Assembly (NCBI GenBank): GCA_938040315.1
Contig: CALHQW010000025.1
Coordinates: forward strand, 7,929-71,928
Origin: an uncultured bacterium
GTDB lineage: Bacteria > Hydrothermota > Tepidihabitantia > Tepidihabitantales > DTDR01
DNA: 64,000 bases
Reading direction: 5' to 3'
Position numbers and translations under genes: made by a program. Below are positions 59,474 to 64,000 of this stretch, one piece after another. Under the pieces are notes generated by a model. That model ran no database searches. It was not told where the DNA came from and was given only the letters and a program-made list of their open reading frames with translations. The first letter of the stretch is position 1. Every line of letters begins with the position of its first letter.

Positions 59474-60595
59474 ATGCCGAAAATTCTCTTAATTAATTGG
59501 CGATGTCCTAAAAATCCGCTTGCTGGTGGAGCAGAAATTTATGCTTATGAGATTTTTAGAAGAATAAAAGATTATGAAATAACCTATTTAGCCGAAAGAT
59601 TTCCCGAAAGTAAAGAAGAAGAAGAGATGGATGGAATAAAAATTTTAAGACTTGGTAATAAATGGACCTTTAATTTCTCTGTTTATAAAAATATTAACGA
59701 AATTGTTGTGAAAAATAATTTTGATTTGGTGATTGATGATTTGAATAAAATTCCTTTTTATTCTCCCTACTTTTTAAAAAAGAAAGTACCGGTTTTGGCT
59801 TTAGTAATGCATCTTTTTCGTAAAGCGATATTTTCCGAAACAAATATTTTTTTTGGTTCTTATGTCTATCTTACTGAATCTTTGATACCTTTAATTTATA
59901 AGAATAACTATTTTAGTTGTTTATCCCAAAGCACAAAAGAAGATTTATTGAAACTTTTTAAAAGTAAAGAGATAGAAGAAAGAATTTGTATTATTCCACC
60001 GGGCATAGATTTAAATAAATACAAACCCGATTTTTCTAAAAAGAAAGAAAGGATTATTTGTCATGTTGGTCGACTCAAAAAATACAAGTCAATTCACCAT
60101 CTTATCTTGGCGGTTAAAGTATTAAAAGAAAAAAATATCGATAATTTTAAGGTTTTAATTGTTGGTGAAGGAGATGATAAAGAGAGATTAATGAAATTGG
60201 TTAAAAAATTAAATTTAACAAAAATAATTGAGTTTACTGGTTATGTATCAGAAGAAGAAAAGATTGATATCTATCAACGTTCATTATTTTTGGTAGAAAA
60301 CTCAATAAAAGAAGGTTGGGGTTTAATTGTGATGGAGGCGAATGCTTGTGGTACACCAGTGGTGTCAGCCAAAACTCCTGGTTTAAAGGAAACAGTAATT
60401 GATGGTGAAACCGGCTTTTTCTATTCCTACGGCGATATTAATGATTTAGCAGAAAAGATGAAAATTTTATTAGAAAAGGATAATTTAAGAGAAGAGATGG
60501 GTAAAAAGGCAATAAATTGGGCAAAAAATTTTACTTGGGAGAAATCAGCCAATTTAATGAAAGATTGGATTGAAAGGGTATTAAAATATGAATAA
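59474..60595 (+). CDS. glycosyltransferase family 4
   Basis: AGGAE, VGRLKKYK, EGWGLIVMEANACGTPVV. Confidence 0.92.
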   Translation: MPKILLINWRCPKNPLAGGAEIYAYEIFRRIKDYEITYLAERFPESKEEEEMDGIKILRLGNKWTFNFSVYKNINEIVVKNNFDLVIDDLNKIPFYSPYFLKKKVPVLALVMHLFRKAIFSETNIFFGSYVYLTESLIPLIYKNNYFSCLSQSTKEDLLKLFKSKEIEERICIIPPGIDLNKYKPDFSKKKERIICHVGRLKKYKSIHHLILAVKVLKEKNIDNFKVLIVGEGDDKERLMKLVKKLNLTKIIEFTGYVSEEEKIDIYQRSLFLVENSIKEGWGLIVMEANACGTPVVSAKTPGLKETVIDGETGFFYSYGDINDLAEKMKILLEKDNLREEMGKKAINWAKNFTWEKSANLMKDWIERVLKYE

Positions 60596-61604
60596 AGCAA
60601 TTGAAGTAATTGGCGTAACAAAAAAGTTTAAAAGAAGAACTTCCTTTTTTAGATACCTTTTTAAAAAAGAAAAAAAAGAAAAGATTGCTTTAGATAATGT
60701 CTCTTTAACAATTTATGAAGGAGAATTATTTGGTTTACTTGGTCCTAACGGCGCGGGAAAAACAACTTTAGTAAGATGTATTGCTACCTTATTAATTCCT
60801 GATAAAGGCGAGATAAAAATCTTTGGAAAAGAGATTTCTAAAAATTCTAATTTTGCCCGTCAGAATATTGGTTTATTAACTAGTGGCGAAAGGACTCTGT
60901 ATTGGAAGTTATCAGCAATTGATAATCTGCGATTCTTTGCTGCTCTTTATGGTCTTTCCGGAAAAACAAGGGATAAAAGAATTGACTACCTTTTAGAACT
61001 TTTGGAATTGAAAGAGGTGGCCGATGAGCGGGTAGAAAAATATTCCTCGGGAATGAAACAAAAATTATCTTTGGCAAGGGCATTATTACATGATCCAAAA
61101 ATATTACTTTTAGATGAACCAACCTTAGGATTAGACCCTGCCTTTGCCCGATTTATCAGAAATTTTATTAAAGAGGAATTGGTAAAGAAAGGAAAGAAAA
61201 CAATTTTATTGACTACTCATTATATGGATGAGGCTGATGAACTTTGCTCTCGGATTGCCTTTATCCATAATGGAAAGATTATTGATGTAAAGACACCAGA
61301 AGAGTTTAAAGAATCAATACCTCATAAAGATGTATTGGAGATAAGATTTTTAGGTTTTATTGAAAAGGAAGATTTTACAAAAATTTCTGGTGTTGAAAAT
61401 TTTACTCTCTTTAGTGAAAATGGTATCTGGACAGCAAAATTTATTTGTAAAAATACCGAAGCCATTTTGAACGATGTTTTATCAATATTAAATAGTAAAA
61501 AGTGTAAAATTTTATCGGTTATTAATTTAGAACCTACCTTAGAAGATGTCTTTATCTATCATACCGGAAAATCTCTAAAAGAGGATACTAGGGAAGAGAC
61601 TTGA
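60588..61604 (+). CDS. ABC transporter ATP-binding protein (DrrA-like)
   Basis: GPNGAGKTT, YSSGMKQ, LLDEPT, TTHYMDEA, PTLEDVF. Confidence 0.93.
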   Translation: MNKAIEVIGVTKKFKRRTSFFRYLFKKEKKEKIALDNVSLTIYEGELFGLLGPNGAGKTTLVRCIATLLIPDKGEIKIFGKEISKNSNFARQNIGLLTSGERTLYWKLSAIDNLRFFAALYGLSGKTRDKRIDYLLELLELKEVADERVEKYSSGMKQKLSLARALLHDPKILLLDEPTLGLDPAFARFIRNFIKEELVKKGKKTILLTTHYMDEADELCSRIAFIHNGKIIDVKTPEEFKESIPHKDVLEIRFLGFIEKEDFTKISGVENFTLFSENGIWTAKFICKNTEAILNDVLSILNSKKCKILSVINLEPTLEDVFIYHTGKSLKEDTREET

Positions 61605-61628
61605 TTTTTAATAATCCTTGATTAAAAT
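61601..61628 (+). promoter_or_regulatory. sigma-70 promoter of htrA-purB
   Basis: TTGATT-N16-TAAAAT, 6 nt before ATG. Confidence 0.55.
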
Positions 61629-61634
61629 TTAACT

Positions 61635-62819
61635 ATGAAAAAAATTCTTTATTTTATATTTCTTTTGTCTGGTTTTATTTTGGGCATTTTAATCAGTTTT
61701 TCCTATCGCCATTTTTTTACCCCAAAAAATTTATTAGATTTATCAAAAGAAAGATTGGTTTTAATTAGCCAATTAGAGGAGAAGATTTCTAATCAAAGGG
61801 TAAACGCAATTGTTTTAAGTGCCAACAAAGTAAGTCCAGCGGTTGTTTCCATTGCAGTCACCCAGACAAGGATTGTTACTTATTCACCTTTCTCTTCGCC
61901 TTTCTTTGATGATTTCTGGCGAGATTTTTTTAGAGATTTCTTGCCAAAAAGAAGATATAAACAGGAGATAAAAGGTTTAGGAAGTGGTGTAATTATTGAT
62001 CCAAACGGTTACATTGTTACTAATGCCCATGTAGTAGAAATGGCAACAGAAATAAAAGTTTCTCTTTGTGATGGCCGTTCCTTTGATGCAGAAATTATTG
62101 ATATTGATAGTGAAGAAGACCTGGCATTATTAAAGATAAATGGAAAAGATTTACCGTATGCTAAATTAGGGAATTCTGATGATTTATTAATTGGTGAATG
62201 GGTAATTGCTTTGGGTAATCCCTTTGGTTTTTTGATTGAAGATACAAAACCAACAGTCACTGTTGGCGTTATCTCGGCAGTAAATAGGGAAATAAGGGCT
62301 TCCCAAACTGGTCGGGAGTATAAAAATATGATCCAAACTGACGCAGCAATTAATCCTGGTAATTCTGGCGGTCCTTTGGTTAATGTTTTAGGAGAAGTGA
62401 TTGGCATAAATACTTTTATTCTTTCCCATGCTGGCGGTAGCGAAGGTGTTGGTTTTGCTATTCCTATTAATCGAGTAAAAGAGTTTATTGAAAAAGCAAA
62501 GAAACAAGTAAAAGAGAAGAAAGAAGTGATAAAAGTGAAAATTGAAAAATGGGGAATAGAGGTTAGTGATGTGGATAATTATTTTAAAAAGAAATATTCT
62601 TTACAGACAAATTACGGAGCGATTATTTTAAAAGTGAAAGAAAATAGTTTTGCTGAAGCCTTAGGTTTAGATATTGGCGATGCAATTTTAAGTTTTCAAG
62701 ATGAAAAGGTTATAAGTGCTGAGGATTTGAAAAAGAAAATTGAAAGTTTCAGAGGGAATAGTATAAAACTTATCATTGAAAGAAGGGGTGAAAAGATAAG
62801 AATTTATTATCGGTTTTAA
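61635..62819 (+). CDS. HtrA/DegP-family serine protease with PDZ domain
   Basis: TNAHVV, DLAL, AINPGNSGGPL triad; C-terminal PDZ. Confidence 0.93.
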   Translation: MKKILYFIFLLSGFILGILISFSYRHFFTPKNLLDLSKERLVLISQLEEKISNQRVNAIVLSANKVSPAVVSIAVTQTRIVTYSPFSSPFFDDFWRDFFRDFLPKRRYKQEIKGLGSGVIIDPNGYIVTNAHVVEMATEIKVSLCDGRSFDAEIIDIDSEEDLALLKINGKDLPYAKLGNSDDLLIGEWVIALGNPFGFLIEDTKPTVTVGVISAVNREIRASQTGREYKNMIQTDAAINPGNSGGPLVNVLGEVIGINTFILSHAGGSEGVGFAIPINRVKEFIEKAKKQVKEKKEVIKVKIEKWGIEVSDVDNYFKKKYSLQTNYGAIILKVKENSFAEALGLDIGDAILSFQDEKVISAEDLKKKIESFRGNSIKLIIERRGEKIRIYYRF

Positions 62820-62820
62820 T

Positions 62821-64000
62821 ATGATTGAAAGGTATTTAACAAAAGAAATGGCGCAATTATGGAAAGAAGAGAAACGTTTTGAATACTGGTTATTAGTAGA
62901 AAAAACTGTTGCGGAAGTTCAAGGAGAAATGGGAATAATTCCCAAAGAATGTGCCGAGGAGATAAAGAAGGCAAATTTTTCTTTGTCCGAAATAAAAGAA
63001 TTGGAAAAAGAAACTGGTCATGATGTAATTGCTTTTTTGAAGTCTATTGAAAATCATCTAAAAGATGAAAAAGCAAAAAGTTATTTACATTACGGATTAA
63101 CTTCTTATGATATTGTTGATACTGCCTGGGCATTACAATTAAGAGAAGGAATAGAAATAATCATTAACTCTTTAAGAAAATTAAAAGAGATAATTAAAAA
63201 TTTGGCATTAAAATATGAAGATTTGGTAATGATGGGAAGAACCCACGGCATTTTTGCTGAGCCAATAACCTTTGGTTTAAAACTCCTTTCTTTTTATTGT
63301 GAGATTGATCGAAATATCACAAGATTAGAAAGGGCGAAGGAGGAAATTTCTTATGGTAAGATCTCAGGTGCAGTCGGTATCTATTCAACTTTAAATCCCA
63401 AAATAGAAAAGGAGGTTTTAAAAAGATTAAATTTAAAAGTTGAGCCAGTCTCTACCCAAATTGTCCCTCGGGATAGATATGCCTATCTGATTGCTATCTT
63501 CACTATTCTGGCTTCTTCTTTTGAGAGGATTGCTACCGAAATTAGAAATTTACAAAGAAGTGAGATTGATGAGTTAAATGAGCCCTTTTTAGAAAAACAG
63601 AAAGGTTCCTCAGCAATGCCTCATAAAAGAAATCCCATTTTATGCGAAAGGATAGTCAGTTTGGCAAGGTATTTAAGAGGTTTAATCTTTCCTGCCTTAG
63701 AGAATATTTCTTTATGGCATGAGAGGGATTTGACAAATTCAGCAAATGAAAGATTGGTCTTTCCTCATACTTTAATTCTTTTACATTATATTACTGAAAA
63801 AATGATATTTATTTTCAGTAATTTAAAAATAAATGAAGATAAAATGAAAGAAAATATTTTAAAAGCCAAAGAGTTATATTATTCCTCTCTTTTATTAATT
63901 TTATTAATGAAAAAAGGATTAAAAAGAAGTTTCGCCTATGATTTGGTGCAAAAACTCTCTTTTTTGGCAATGGAGAAGGATAAGAGTTTTTTAGAAATAA
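62821..64000 (+). CDS. purB: adenylosuccinate lyase (runs off window)
   Basis: Manual translation MIERY...HDVIAF...HYGLTSYD...GRTHG...KGSSAMPHKRNPI. Not in ORF track. Confidence 0.95.
   Translation, partial: MIERYLTKEMAQLWKEEKRFEYWLLVEKTVAEVQGEMGIIPKECAEEIKKANFSLSEIKELEKETGHDVIAFLKSIENHLKDEKAKSYLHYGLTSYDIVDTAWALQLREGIEIIINSLRKLKEIIKNLALKYEDLVMMGRTHGIFAEPITFGLKLLSFYCEIDRNITRLERAKEEISYGKISGAVGIYSTLNPKIEKEVLKRLNLKVEPVSTQIVPRDRYAYLIAIFTILASSFERIATEIRNLQRSEIDELNEPFLEKQKGSSAMPHKRNPILCERIVSLARYLRGLIFPALENISLWHERDLTNSANERLVFPHTLILLHYITEKMIFIFSNLKINEDKMKENILKAKELYYSSLLLILLMKKGLKRSFAYDLVQKLSFLAMEKDKSFLEI

Noticed and set aside
59382-59474. tRNA-Lys as an integration site
   Set aside because: No integrase or duplicated tRNA 3' end seen in the window.
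1-64000. CRISPR arrays, rRNA, IS elements, inteins in dnaE/rtcB, riboswitches (glmS, glycine, preQ1)
   Set aside because: No repeat-spacer periodicity, transposase, oversized ORF or sufficiently long structured leader was seen by eye; a covariance search was not possible.

Overview
A very AT-rich, gene-dense stretch of bacterial chromosome from a diderm, probably thermophilic anaerobe. BamA, SurA, TolQRA and a T9SS-type C-terminal sorting domain point to the FCB/WOR-3-like lineages; this is inference only. It is mostly housekeeping: fhs, valS, dnaE, clpC, bamA, rnhB, glmS, the glycine cleavage system, queF/yhhQ, glyS, uvrC, rtcB, purB and tRNA-Lys. It also has a PerR-rubrerythrin-peroxiredoxin operon and branched-polyamine genes (speD-bpsA, plus speB). 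No CRISPR array, rRNA, transposase or integrase was seen. The most notable items: (1) two small paralogous 8-Cys proteins after speB, missing from the ORF track, each with a doubled CCxxCx5C motif, one basic and one strongly acidic; (2) a PPIase/SurA operon ending in a degenerate histidine-kinase-like membrane protein and an atypical-receiver sigma-54 activator; (3) a ~2 kb island flanked by ~290 bp direct repeats of the yhhQ 3' end, holding a decayed attC-like site and cassette-like gene relics; (4) many sigma-70 promoters placed to give leaderless mRNAs; (5) an orphan GlmL-like ATPase and two small unknown genes inside the gcv operon.
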